Shown: positions 1 to 9,426 of the stretch, piece by piece | How positions within the stretch are numbered: position 1 is the stretch's first letter | How the letters are laid out: each line of letters opens with the position of its first letter | Assembly (NCBI GenBank): GCA_963759545.1 | Contig: CAVXAB010000015.1 | Span: 45,055-109,054 of the forward strand | Length of the DNA: 64,000 nt | Direction: 5' to 3' | DNA from: an uncultured Actinomycetota bacterium | GTDB lineage: Bacteria > Actinomycetota > Actinomycetes > Streptosporangiales > Streptosporangiaceae | The notes under the pieces: generated by a model | What the model was told of the DNA's origin: nothing | The model's input: the letters and a program-made list of their open reading frames with translations, nothing else | Database searches by the model: none | Translations under genes and position numbers: made by a program

Positions 1-144
1 GAAAAGGCGCAGGTCGAGCTCCTTCTCCAGCGCCTGCACCTGGGCGGTCACGGTGGACTGGACGAGGTGCAGGCGCTCTGCGGCGGCGGTGAGGTTCTCG
101 GTCTTGGCGACGGTGGCGAAGGTGCGCAGCAGTCGGGTGTCCAT
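1..144 (-). CDS. LysR-family transcriptional regulator, N-terminal part (runs off the window)
   Basis: Manual translation from ATG at 144: MDTRLLRTFATVAKTENLTAAAERLHLVQSTVTAQVQALEKELDLRLF, a typical LysR HTH. Not in the ORF track. Confidence 0.9.
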   Translation of the reverse strand, partial: MDTRLLRTFATVAKTENLTAAAERLHLVQSTVTAQVQALEKELDLRLF

Positions 145-164
145 GCCCCGACGATAGTCCTAGC

Positions 165-181
165 CATCGTAGATGACGATG
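165..181. promoter_or_regulatory. Candidate LysR box (T-N11-A within the palindrome CATCGT-AGATG-ACGATG)
   Basis: Dyad in the short divergent lysR/phzF spacer; T167-N11-A179. Confidence 0.55.
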
Positions 182-237
182 GAAATGATCGGGATCCATC
201 GTTTGTCTGGATGTCTGTGCGGTGCCAGGGTAGGGGC

Positions 238-1131
238 ATGAGCCTGAATACACGCCCCGAGATCCTGCGCTACTCCGCCTTCAGCACCGACTCCGCCGGC
301 GGCAACCCCGCCGGTGTCGTGCTTGACGCCGCCGCGCTTGACGATGCCGCCATGCTCGCGACCGCCGCCGAAGTCGGCTACTCGGAGACCGCGTTCGTCA
401 CCGTAGGGGACCAGGCGGCGCGCCGGTTCCGGCTGCGCTACTTCAGTCCGCTTGCGGAGGTCGCCTTCTGTGGTCACGCGACCGTCGCCACCGCGGTGGC
501 CCTGGCTGAGCGGGTCGGCCCAGGTCCGCTCGCCTTCGACACACCGGTGGGTGAGATCGCCCTGGACACTTCGGTAGCGCTCGGGGGTTCCGTGACGGCG
601 ACGCTCACCAGCGTTCCCACCCGCTCCCGGCCGGCGAGCGAAGCAGAGGTACACGCCTCACTCGCGGCCCTGCGCTGGTCCGCGGAGGATCTTGACCCGG
701 CGTTGCCGCCGCATGTCGCCTTCGGCGGAAACGAGCACCTGGTCCTGGCTGTGGCAACCCGCGAGCGTCTCGCGGCCCTGGACTACGACTTCGATGCTCT
801 GGCCGAGGTGATGCACCGTCACGGCTGGACCACACTCCAGCTGGTGTGGCGTGAGACCCAGGAGCTCTTCCATGCCCGCGACCCCTTCCCGGTCGGGGGT
901 GTCATCGAGGACCCGGCCACCGGCGCCGCGGCCGCCGCCTTCGGCGGTTACCTGCGTGCCCTCGGCGCCCTCCCACCCTCCGGTGCCTTCACCATCCTCC
1001 AGGGGGAGGATCTCGGCCGGCCCAGCGTGCTCCGGGTCGAGGCATCCCCCACGGACGCGCGCGTGCGAGTGAGCGGCCAGGCGGTGCCGATCGCGGGTGC
1101 AAACGCGAGCACCGCACCCGTCACCCGGTGA
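238..1131 (+). CDS. PhzF-family isomerase/epimerase
   Basis: AFS..GGNPAGVV, SETAF, EVAFCGHAT and EDPATG motifs. Start taken at ATG 238 rather than 67. Confidence 0.9.
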   Translation: MSLNTRPEILRYSAFSTDSAGGNPAGVVLDAAALDDAAMLATAAEVGYSETAFVTVGDQAARRFRLRYFSPLAEVAFCGHATVATAVALAERVGPGPLAFDTPVGEIALDTSVALGGSVTATLTSVPTRSRPASEAEVHASLAALRWSAEDLDPALPPHVAFGGNEHLVLAVATRERLAALDYDFDALAEVMHRHGWTTLQLVWRETQELFHARDPFPVGGVIEDPATGAAAAAFGGYLRALGALPPSGAFTILQGEDLGRPSVLRVEASPTDARVRVSGQAVPIAGANASTAPVTR

Positions 1132-1171
1132 CTCATCGCGTTCGACCAGTGATCACTTCGGATCCACTCAT

Positions 1172-1846
1172 CTAGGGAAGGCGCCAGTCGATCGGGTCGG
1201 CGCCCTGGCTGGCTAGCAGCTGGTTGGCGCGGCTGAACGGCCGGGTGCCGAAAAATCCGCCATGCGCGGACATGGGGCTCGGGTGCGCGGACTCGATGCG
1301 CGGGATGCTGCCAAGCAGCGGGGCGAGGTTCCTCGCGTCGCGGCCCCACAAGATGGCGACAAGCGGCGTGTCCCGCTTGGCGAGGGCGCGGATCGCCTGC
1401 TCGGTGACCTCCTCCCAGCCCTTGCCTCGGTGGCTGCCCGGCTTTTTCGGCTCGACGGTGAGCACCCTGTTGAGCAGCAGGACGCCGCGCTCGGTCCACG
1501 GCGTCAGGTCGCCGTTTGACGGCTGCGGGTAGCCAAGGTCGTCGGCGTACTCGCGGAAGATGTTGACGAGCGAGGGAGGCAGCAGCCTGACACCAGGGTC
1601 GACCGAGAAGCTGAGGCCGACCGGGTGGCCGGGCGTGGGATACGGGTCCTGGCCGACGATCAGCACCCGCACGTCGGCGAACGGCTGCTTGAAAGCGCGC
1701 AGCACCAGGTCGCCCGCGGGCAGGTACCGCTTGCCTTCGGCGATCTGCTCGCGCAGGAACACGCCCACCTGCGTGATCCGGTCCTCGACGGGGGCGAGCG
1801 CTTCGGCCCAGCCCGCCTCAACGATGTTGGTCAACGGCTCAGACAT
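1172..1846 (-). CDS. ung: Uracil-DNA glycosylase (family 1)
   Basis: [17 protein letters not shown] and HPSPMS motifs. Confidence 0.95.
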   Translation of the reverse strand: MSEPLTNIVEAGWAEALAPVEDRITQVGVFLREQIAEGKRYLPAGDLVLRAFKQPFADVRVLIVGQDPYPTPGHPVGLSFSVDPGVRLLPPSLVNIFREYADDLGYPQPSNGDLTPWTERGVLLLNRVLTVEPKKPGSHRGKGWEEVTEQAIRALAKRDTPLVAILWGRDARNLAPLLGSIPRIESAHPSPMSAHGGFFGTRPFSRANQLLASQGADPIDWRLP

Positions 1847-1957
1847 GCCCAGAAAATAGCGCAGTTCATCGACAAAGGAGTGCGAGCAGCAGGGCGCCGC
1901 GCGGAAACAGTAAAGGCGCCCGGCAGTATGCTGCCGGGCGCCCAGAGCCGATGGTTG

Positions 1958-2401
1958 CTACCAGTTCTGATTCTGGCCCTGGTTCTGGTCGGGGTCCATG
2001 TTCTGGTCCTGGTCACCCGTCTGCATGTTCTGGTCCTGACCGCCCATGTTCTGGTCCTGGTTCCCCATGTTCTGGTCTTGACCGCCCATGTTCTGGTCCT
2101 GGTTCCCCATCTGCTGGTCCTGACCGCCCATGTTCTGGTCTTGGCCGCCCATCTGCTGGTTGGGGTCCATGCCCTGGCCGCCCATGTTCTGGTCCTGGTA
2201 CCCCCCGCCGCCCATGTTCTGGTCGCCGGAGTCCTGGGGACCGCCCTGCTGGCCTACCGTGTTCTGCGCGGTCTGCATGTCGCCTTGGCCGCCCTGGCCG
2301 CTCTGACCGCCCTGGCCGAACTGCTGGGCCTGCTGTGCCAGGTTGGGGTCCTTCTGCGCCATGTCCTCGGCTTCGCTCTCGGCCTTATCGAAGATACCCA
2401 T
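1958..2401 (-). CDS. Gln/Asn/Gly/Met/Asp-rich low-complexity repeat protein
   Basis: 147 aa, MGIFDKA start, GGGGAG SD-like sequence upstream, repeated G(G/N)QDQ(N/Q)M heptads. Confidence 0.8.
   Translation of the reverse strand: MGIFDKAESEAEDMAQKDPNLAQQAQQFGQGGQSGQGGQGDMQTAQNTVGQQGGPQDSGDQNMGGGGYQDQNMGGQGMDPNQQMGGQDQNMGGQDQQMGNQDQNMGGQDQNMGNQDQNMGGQDQNMQTGDQDQNMDPDQNQGQNQNW
1997..2222 (-). repeat. 21-nt coding tandem repeat (CATGTTCTGGTCCTG...), six in-register units plus degenerate flanking units
   Basis: Units start at 2024, 2045, 2066, 2087, 2108, 2129. Confidence 0.9.
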
Positions 2402-2936
2402 GATTCTCCCCGGTACTTTTCCGAATGCCGACGATTTGCCAACATTCCGCTTTCGCGCCTAGAGGTAGGCGTGTTCCCCACCTACCCCCGGCATCGGCGT
2501 CTACCCGTGCAAACACGCCAGGGACGCAGAGGTTTTCGCCTACGGTCGCGGTTAGCCTTTACGCAGCGCGCGGAACGGCCGACGGGCTCATCGGTAGTAT
2601 CTGGCGGCTTGTTGAGATCCCCGCCGGCCATTTACCGGTAATTGCTCATTTTCCTGGCAAGTGGGTCAATTAGCCTATTGCACTGGTATTTCAGGAACGG
2701 GTATTTGTCCGCATTTGTCCGTGCGGTCAGGGCCTTGACGCGGCGCCTGCCGTGTCCAGGCGGTGCTGTAACGACATGCCCGGGCTTGCCCTGTGCCTGG
2801 TAAACGGGCTCCTGGGTGGTGCGGACCTGGTAAAAAGGGGTAACCTGCGCATGCGAGCGCGGGTTCAGCGATGGACGTCACTGTCTGTCGTCGTGGGTGC
2901 TCTGCTTGGAGCCGGACACATGGAACGATGGGGCGC

Positions 2937-3614
2937 ATGAAAGGACGTGTGCTGGTCGTCGACGACGACGCGGCGCTCGCGGAGATGCTTGGCATCGTGC
3001 TCCGCGGTGAAGGGTTTGAGCCGACGTTCGTCGCGGACGGGGACAAGGCGCTTGACGCCTTCCGCGACACCCGGCCGGATCTCGTGCTGCTTGACCTAAT
3101 GCTGCCTGGCTCTGATGGCATCGACGTATGCCGCCAGATCAGGGGCGAGTCGGGCGTACCGATCGTGATGCTGACCGCCAAGACGGATACCGTGGATGTC
3201 GTGCTCGGGCTCGAATCGGGTGCCGACGACTACATTCTCAAGCCATTTAAGTCCAAGGAGCTGGTCGCCAGGATCAGGGCGCGGCTGCGGCGCACAGACG
3301 AGCCGGCCCCCGAGATGCTGCAGATCGGCGACGTGTCGATCGACGTGGCGGGCCACTCGGTCAAGCGGAGCGGCGAGACGCTGAGCCTTACGCCGCTTGA
3401 GTTCGACCTGCTGGTCGCGCTCGCGCGCAAGCCGCGGCAGGTGTTCACCCGTGAAGTGCTGCTCGAGCAGGTCTGGGGCTACCGGCACGCGGCGGACACG
3501 CGCCTGGTGAACGTGCACGTGCAGCGGCTGCGGGCCAAGATCGAGCAGGACCCGGAGCACCCCGAGATCGTCGTGACGGTGCGTGGTGTCGGCTACAAGG
3601 CGGGACCTGGCTGA
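2937..3614 (+). CDS. mtrA: OmpR-family response regulator MtrA
   Basis: MKGRVLVVDDDAALAEMLGIVLRGEGF...DTRLVNVHVQRLRAKIE; followed by a kinase and lpqB. Confidence 0.95.
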   Translation: MKGRVLVVDDDAALAEMLGIVLRGEGFEPTFVADGDKALDAFRDTRPDLVLLDLMLPGSDGIDVCRQIRGESGVPIVMLTAKTDTVDVVLGLESGADDYILKPFKSKELVARIRARLRRTDEPAPEMLQIGDVSIDVAGHSVKRSGETLSLTPLEFDLLVALARKPRQVFTREVLLEQVWGYRHAADTRLVNVHVQRLRAKIEQDPEHPEIVVTVRGVGYKAGPG

Positions 3615-3621
3615 TCGACGG

Positions 3622-5415
3622 ATGGAGCAGCGGTCGGCGGAACGCGTACGGCGCGACCAACCGGATGTGCGCGAGGCGTGGGAAATGGCGCTCCGGCGCA
3701 AGAAGTGGGTGCGCTGGATCGTCAGCTGGCTGCCGCACCGGCTGACAATTGCCGCCCGCACCCTGCTGCGCCTTCAGCACCTGGTCATCGCGAAGCTCCG
3801 GCATCGCTGGCGCCGGTCGCTGCAGCTGCGGGTGGTCGGCACCACCCTGGTGATCTCCGCCACGGTGATCGCGGTGCTCGGCTTCTTCCTCACCGAGCAG
3901 ATCGCCTCCGGCCTGCTGATCAACGCGGAGAACACGGCGCGTGCGCAGGTAGTGACCGGCCTGAACACCGCCCAGTCGCAGTCCGCCCTGACCGCGCCCC
4001 CGAACGACGGGCAGGCCGCGATGCAGGTCATGGCGTCTATCGACCACCTGCTCCAGCCGACCAGCGGTACGGCGAGCTACAGCGTAGCGGTCGGGCTGAA
4101 CGCCGACCTGCGGGCCAAGCCCGGCTACTCGCCCTGGGCGGAGACCGGCTTCGACGCCGGCGCGACGCTCCCTGCCGCCCTAGTCGCCAGCGTCCAGCAT
4201 GAACAGCTCGAGCTAGCGAGCGGCAAGACGGAGAACCTGCTGTACTACGCGCCCACCACGCTTGTCACAAGCGACGGCCAGGGAACGGCCGCGGCCGCGT
4301 TCGGCGTGCCGCTCAACAACTCCTACCAGCTGTACTTCGTGTTCCCGCTCACCCAGGAACAGCAGACCCTGCAGCTCGTGCAGACCACGCTCATCGGCGC
4401 GGGGATCGCGCTGGTGGCGCTGCTCGCGGCGATCGCCTCGCTGGTGACCCGGTGGGTGGTGCTGCCGGTGCGGCACGCGGCGCGGGCCGCACAGCGGCTT
4501 TCCGCCGGCCAGCTTGAGGAGCGGATGGTCGTTGGCGGCGCCGACGACCTCGCCGCGCTCGCCACCTCGTTCAACGACATGGCCGCCAGCCTCCAGGAGA
4601 AGCTGCACGAGCTTCAGGAACTGTCCAAGGTGCAGCGCCAGTTCGTCTCCGATGTCTCGCATGAGCTGAGAACCCCGATGACGACGATCAGGATGGCAGC
4701 GGAGATCCTCTTCGAGTCGCGGGAAGACCTTGACGCGGCGGCGGCGCGCAGCACCGAGCTGCTGCAGAGCCAGATCGAGCGGTTCGAGACCCTGCTCACC
4801 GACCTGCTGGAGATGAGCAGGCACGACTCGAACGTCGCGACGCTTGACGCCGAGCCTGCGGACCTGTGCGACATCGTCCGCAGGAGCGCGGACGACGCGC
4901 AGCAGCTCGCGGAGCGGCGCGGCTGCCGCATCGAGTTCCGGCTGCCCGTGCAAGCGTGCATGGCCGAGGTGGACCGGCGGCGGGTGGAGCGCATCTTGCG
5001 CAACCTGCTGGTCAACGCGGTGGAACACGGTGAGGGACGCGACGTGGTGGTGACCCTGGCGGCGGACAGCGAGGCGGCCGCCATCGCCGTCCGCGATCAC
5101 GGCGTCGGGCTGGCCCCCGGCGAAGAGCAGCTTGTCTTCGACCGGTTCTGGCGCGCCGACCCGTCACGGGCGCGGACGACCGGAGGCACCGGCCTCGGCC
5201 TCGCCATCGCACTGGAAGACGCCCGGCTGCACAGCGGCTGGCTCCAGGCGTGGGGCGAGAAGGGCCGGGGCTCGGTGTTCAGGCTCACCCTGCCGCGGAC
5301 GGCAGGCCAGCGCATCGCGGGCTCGCCGCTGCCGCTTGGCCCAGATGAGGCGGAGGTCATCACCAGCTCCGTCACCACGCTGGAAGCGGACCTTTCAGGT
5401 GGGCACCTTGCCTAG
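3622..5415 (+). CDS. mtrB: Sensor histidine kinase MtrB
   Basis: Two TM segments, HAMP, DVSHELRTP H-box, NAVEHG, GGTGLGLAI. Start uncertain (3583, 3622 or later). Confidence 0.93.
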   Translation: MEQRSAERVRRDQPDVREAWEMALRRKKWVRWIVSWLPHRLTIAARTLLRLQHLVIAKLRHRWRRSLQLRVVGTTLVISATVIAVLGFFLTEQIASGLLINAENTARAQVVTGLNTAQSQSALTAPPNDGQAAMQVMASIDHLLQPTSGTASYSVAVGLNADLRAKPGYSPWAETGFDAGATLPAALVASVQHEQLELASGKTENLLYYAPTTLVTSDGQGTAAAAFGVPLNNSYQLYFVFPLTQEQQTLQLVQTTLIGAGIALVALLAAIASLVTRWVVLPVRHAARAAQRLSAGQLEERMVVGGADDLAALATSFNDMAASLQEKLHELQELSKVQRQFVSDVSHELRTPMTTIRMAAEILFESREDLDAAAARSTELLQSQIERFETLLTDLLEMSRHDSNVATLDAEPADLCDIVRRSADDAQQLAERRGCRIEFRLPVQACMAEVDRRRVERILRNLLVNAVEHGEGRDVVVTLAADSEAAAIAVRDHGVGLAPGEEQLVFDRFWRADPSRARTTGGTGLGLAIALEDARLHSGWLQAWGEKGRGSVFRLTLPRTAGQRIAGSPLPLGPDEAEVITSSVTTLEADLSGGHLA

Positions 5416-7232
5416 GGCAACGACGTCCAAGCCGATCAGGCCGCGGCCGGTGCTCGCGGCGCTGGCGGCGCTCCTCGTCGCCGCGCTGGCCGCCACCGGA
5501 TGCGTGTCGGTGCCCACCGGCGGGCCGGTGGTCTCCTACCCGGTGACCCAGGGGACGGCCGCCCAGAACCAGCCCTACGTGCAGATCCAGCCGCAGCCGC
5601 CTGGCGCCGGCTGGCAGCCGGCGGACGTCGTTCGCGGGTTCCTCACCGCCTCCGCTAGCTACGGAAGTTACCCCCAGGTGGTGCGGGAGTACCTGACCCC
5701 AACCGAACAGAAGACCTGGAATCCGTCCTGGTCAGCGGTCGTGTACAAGTCCGGCCCGAACCCCACGGCGCCGACGTACACGTCCACCGCGAAGAACCAG
5801 AAGACGGCGACGGTAGGGATAACCGGCGCTATCCAGGCGAACCTGCTGGGAAACGGCAACTACTCCGTGCCCTCGGCGTCGGAGCCGGGTGTCTCTCCGA
5901 ACGAGCCGACCTTCCAGCTGACTAATATCGGCGGGCAGTGGCGTATCTCGTCCGGGCCGCAGGAACTGCTCCTCACCAGCAACTCGTTCGCCAACGACTA
6001 CCAGCTCCGTAACCTCTACTTCTTCGATCCGCTGACCAGGGTCCTCGTTCCCGACCCGGTCTACGTGCCGGTGCGGGCCTCGTCCGGCGACCTGATGGAC
6101 GGGCTGGTCAGTGAGCTGATGGCACCGCCCGCTGACTGGTTGTCCCACGGGGCGACGCGGACCGCCTTCCCGCAGAAGACCAAGGTCAGCAACGTCACGC
6201 TGAACGGCGTGACCGCGGTCGTCAACCTCACGGGCACGGCCCTCGGCAAGGCAAGCGATCCCGTCATGGCGCAACTCTCTGCGCAGTTGCTTTGGACGCT
6301 TTCCGGCGCCGCGCCGAGCGGCTCAACCGGCCAGGGGGTGCAGTCAGTGGAGGTCGTGGTGAACGGCAAGCCATGGACGCCGCCCGGCCATGGCAACCCG
6401 ATCCAGCCCACGTCCAAGTGGAACCCGGCATTCGGCGTGAGCACGGAGTACTACTACCTAACCAGCGGCGGGTACCTGACCAGGTGTCCCACCGGGTGTA
6501 CCAGGGGGCAAGGCAAGCCGGTCAGCCTCGCGAGGATCGGCACCGGCTACTCCCAGATCGCGGTCTCCGCCGACGGCACGTACGTGGCCGCGCTGCGCGG
6601 CGGCACGCTCTACGCCGGCCTGGTTGGCGGCCCGCTGACCAAGCGCGGCACCGGATTCGCGTCAGTGAGCTGGGACGTCGACGACGACCTGTGGGCGGCG
6701 CAGAATGGCCAGGTCGTCATGTTCCGCGGCACGCAGAACGTGCGGCAGCCGCTTGCCCAGATGGTTTCCGTCGCCGTGAACCCACCCGCGAGTGCACCGG
6801 TGATCGGGCCGTTCACGGCGCTTCAGGTCGCGCCGGACGGCGTCCGGGTGGCGCTCGTCATGGACGGCAACGAGCTGATCTTCGGCGCTATCTCCCGGCA
6901 GCAGGCGCAGAGTCCGCGGATCACGCTCTCCCTGGTACAGGAGACCGTTCCCGTCGGCACCAACTTCACCGCGCTGACCTGGTACGGCCCCGACGACGTC
7001 ATCGCGCTCGCCGGGCGACGCCGTGACCGATTACCCCGTCAGCGGCGGGACCCCCACCTCCATCCAGGCCGACCCGGGCATGCAGACGATCACGGCAAGC
7101 TACAAGCAGCCGCTGATCGCCGGCTTGTCGAGGGGCACGATGGCCACCGACGCCAGCCTCACCGGCTCCTGGATGCCCATCCCCGGCAACGCCACGCCAG
7201 CCACCGGCATCTCGCCGGTCTATCCAGGGTGA
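5408..7232 (+). CDS. lpqB: Lipoprotein LpqB, apparently frameshifted near 7012
   Basis: Lipobox LAATGC, GerMN-like region, APDGVRVA repeat. The C-terminus continues in another frame (PGDAVTDYPVSGG...SPVYPG*). Confidence 0.85.
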
Positions 7233-7275
7233 CGCCAACCCCGGAGGCTCAAGAGAACCCGCCCCGGAAATCATT

Positions 7276-7291
7276 GTTACAAGTCTGTTAT
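7276..7291. promoter_or_regulatory. Possible MtrA/GlnR-type direct repeat GTTAC-N6-GTTAT
   Basis: 11-bp periodic GTNAY repeat in an AT-rich patch between lpqB and hpf. Confidence 0.35.
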
Positions 7292-7671
7292 GTTCCGCTT
7301 CGGGCCTAAAGTCCAGCCTGACATTTGGCCTCGTAAGAGCTAGCGTTCATGCATGGCACTCGCCCGGGTCCGTGGTTGCGCCGGACAGGTCCGCCGAGCC
7401 GCGCAGGCGGCAAGCGGGTCTACCAGGCAAGCCGATGCCAGCCGCAGGCGAAGCGGTCCACGTAAGGCGACTTTTCGTCGTCCGATCACGGTGCGGCTTA
7501 GAAGTAAGTCCTGCCCCGCCGGGGGGCACATGACGTCCCCCGAACTACGGGAGAAGGGCAGTAGTGGCCATGGAAGGCCGCGAACCTCTCAGCAGGCGGA
7601 TGTGGGGTCGAAGACCAGGTCGGCCGGGCGAGTGCCCACTACCGGTAATCAAGGCCGTAGAGGGGATCGAG

Positions 7672-8541
7672 ATGGAAATCACCTTCAAAGGCAGGCACAC
7701 CAGCGTTCCCGAGCGTTTCCGTAGGCACGCGACCGCGAAGCTGGCCAAGCTAGAGAAGCTCGATCACAACGCGATTCGGATCGACGTCGAGGTGTCGACG
7801 GAGCGCAACCCAAGGCAGGCCGACCGGAGCGAGCGGGTGGAGCTCACGATCAGATCGCGGGGCCCTGCCATCAGGGCCGAAGCGGCGGCCGACGACCGTT
7901 ACGCCGCCCTGGACCTCGCGTTCGCCAAGCTCGAGGGTCGGCTCCGCAAGATCGCCGAGCGGCGCAAGGTAAGAAGCGGGGGCCTGACGGTCCGCTCGAC
8001 GGACGCGCTCACGGCGGTGGCGGCCGGGCCGGCCGACGCGAGGACCATCGCGGCCGAGACGGCCGCGCTCGCGGACGTCGACATCCCGGCGATGCCCCGG
8101 CCCGACGACGCGGCCGTGCTGGCCGGCACGCCGGTCGGTCGCAAGGCGAACGGCAAGGGGAGCGGCAAGCCGAGCGCAAGGGCGGCCGCGAGGGTCGGCA
8201 CCAGGCCGAACGGGCCACGCCGCCCGGAGGCGGTGGTGCCGCTCCCGGCCTTCCCGCGAGACGACGGCGCCGGCCACGACTTCGAGGGCTCCCGGGACGA
8301 GGCAGAAGCGGAGGCAACCTTCTCCGGGGTGCTGCCGATGCAGATGGTGGGCGACGGCCCGCTGATCGTCAGGGAGAAGTTCCACGCCTCGCACCCGATG
8401 ACCATCGACGACGCGCTCCTGGAGATGGAACTCGTCGGGCACGACTGGTTCGCCTACCACGACAGCCAGTGCGGCAAGTTCAGCGTCGTCTACCGCCGCC
8501 GCGGCTACGACTACGGCGTCATCAGGCTCGTTGACGATTAG
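7672..8541 (+). CDS. hpf: Ribosome hibernation promoting factor (long HPF) with extended linker
   Basis: MEITFKGRH...DRYAALDLA N-domain and REKFH..PMTIDDALLEMELVGHDWF..VVYRRRGYDYGVIRL C-domain. Confidence 0.92.
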   Translation: MEITFKGRHTSVPERFRRHATAKLAKLEKLDHNAIRIDVEVSTERNPRQADRSERVELTIRSRGPAIRAEAAADDRYAALDLAFAKLEGRLRKIAERRKVRSGGLTVRSTDALTAVAAGPADARTIAAETAALADVDIPAMPRPDDAAVLAGTPVGRKANGKGSGKPSARAAARVGTRPNGPRRPEAVVPLPAFPRDDGAGHDFEGSRDEAEAEATFSGVLPMQMVGDGPLIVREKFHASHPMTIDDALLEMELVGHDWFAYHDSQCGKFSVVYRRRGYDYGVIRLVDD

Positions 8542-8558
8542 AAATTGCAAAGCAATTG

Positions 8559-8593
8559 CGTACCGCCCCGGCTGGCACTGTCGGGGCGGTACG
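8559..8593 (+). terminator. GC-rich hairpin after hpf (12-bp stem, no long U tract)
   Basis: CGTACCGCCCCG ... CGGGGCGGTACG. Confidence 0.5.
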
Positions 8594-8649
8594 CGTAGCT
8601 TTAGTGACATGTCCTATCCTGTGCGTGAACTGCGAACGCTGCGGAAGGA

Positions 8650-9426
8650 GTGGCCGTGACCGAGCGGTCTCTTGCGGCCAAGAAAAATACGCCTGGCGTG
8701 CCCGCGTCGGGTCCAGTGCCTTCCGTCCCCCCGCCGGCAGAGCCCAGGGCGGGCACGGATCCGATCCGGGTGCTGATCGCGGACGACCATGCCCTCGTCC
8801 GCCGCAGCCTGGAGACGGTCCTGCAGGGGGAGCCGGGCCTTGAGCTGGTCGGCCAGGCCTCCGACGGCCAGGAGGCGGTGCAGATCGCCGGCGAGGTGGT
8901 GCCCGATGTCGTGCTCATGGACATCCGGATGCCCAAGATCACCGGCATCGAGGCCGCGCGCCAGATGAAGGAGGTCGCCCCGTCCGCCAAGATCGTGATG
9001 CTGACGATCAGCGACGAGGAAGAGGACCTCTTCGAGGCGATCCGCGCGGGCGCGAGCGGCTACCTGCTCAAGGACATCCCGCTCGACGAGCTTGCCGACT
9101 CGGTGCGCGCCGTGTACGGCGGGCAGTCCCTGATCAACCCGTCGATGGCGGGCAAGCTGCTCACCGAGTTCGCCACCCTGGCCCGCAGGGACGCCGAGGA
9201 TGAGCCGGCCAAGCACGCGCCGGCACCGAAGCTGACCGAGCGCGAGATGGAGGTGCTCCGCCTGGTGGCCCGCGGCATGAACAACCGCGACATCGCCAAG
9301 GAGCTGTTCATCTCGGAGAACACCGTGAAGAACCACGTGCGGAACATCCTGGAGAAGCTGCAGATCCACTCCCGGATGGAAGCCGTGATGATCGCGGTGC
9401 GCGAGAAGCTGATCGAGATCAGCTAA
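8650..9426 (+). CDS. NarL/LuxR-family response regulator with no adjacent kinase
   Basis: [28 protein letters not shown]...[13 protein letters not shown]. Confidence 0.93.
   Translation: MAVTERSLAAKKNTPGVPASGPVPSVPPPAEPRAGTDPIRVLIADDHALVRRSLETVLQGEPGLELVGQASDGQEAVQIAGEVVPDVVLMDIRMPKITGIEAARQMKEVAPSAKIVMLTISDEEEDLFEAIRAGASGYLLKDIPLDELADSVRAVYGGQSLINPSMAGKLLTEFATLARRDAEDEPAKHAPAPKLTEREMEVLRLVARGMNNRDIAKELFISENTVKNHVRNILEKLQIHSRMEAVMIAVREKLIEIS

Noticed and set aside
2460-2520. SigB/SigF-type promoter (GTTT...GGGTA) for the Q/N repeat gene
   Set aside because: Spacing is 4 or 23 nt, not the expected 14-16.
1625-2641. 338-aa plus-strand ORF with HVLVL repeats that looks like a membrane protein
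   Set aside because: Antisense reading of ung and the Q/N repeat gene; the hydrophobic repeat is the complement of the CAG/AAC/ATG codons.
2703-2721. ATTTGTCCG tandem repeat upstream of mtrA as an autoregulatory site
   Set aside because: Does not match the GTNAY pattern; not enough support.
7353-7724. ORF in the lpqB-hpf gap as a comF remnant
   Set aside because: No zinc-finger or PRTase motif; composition looks non-coding.
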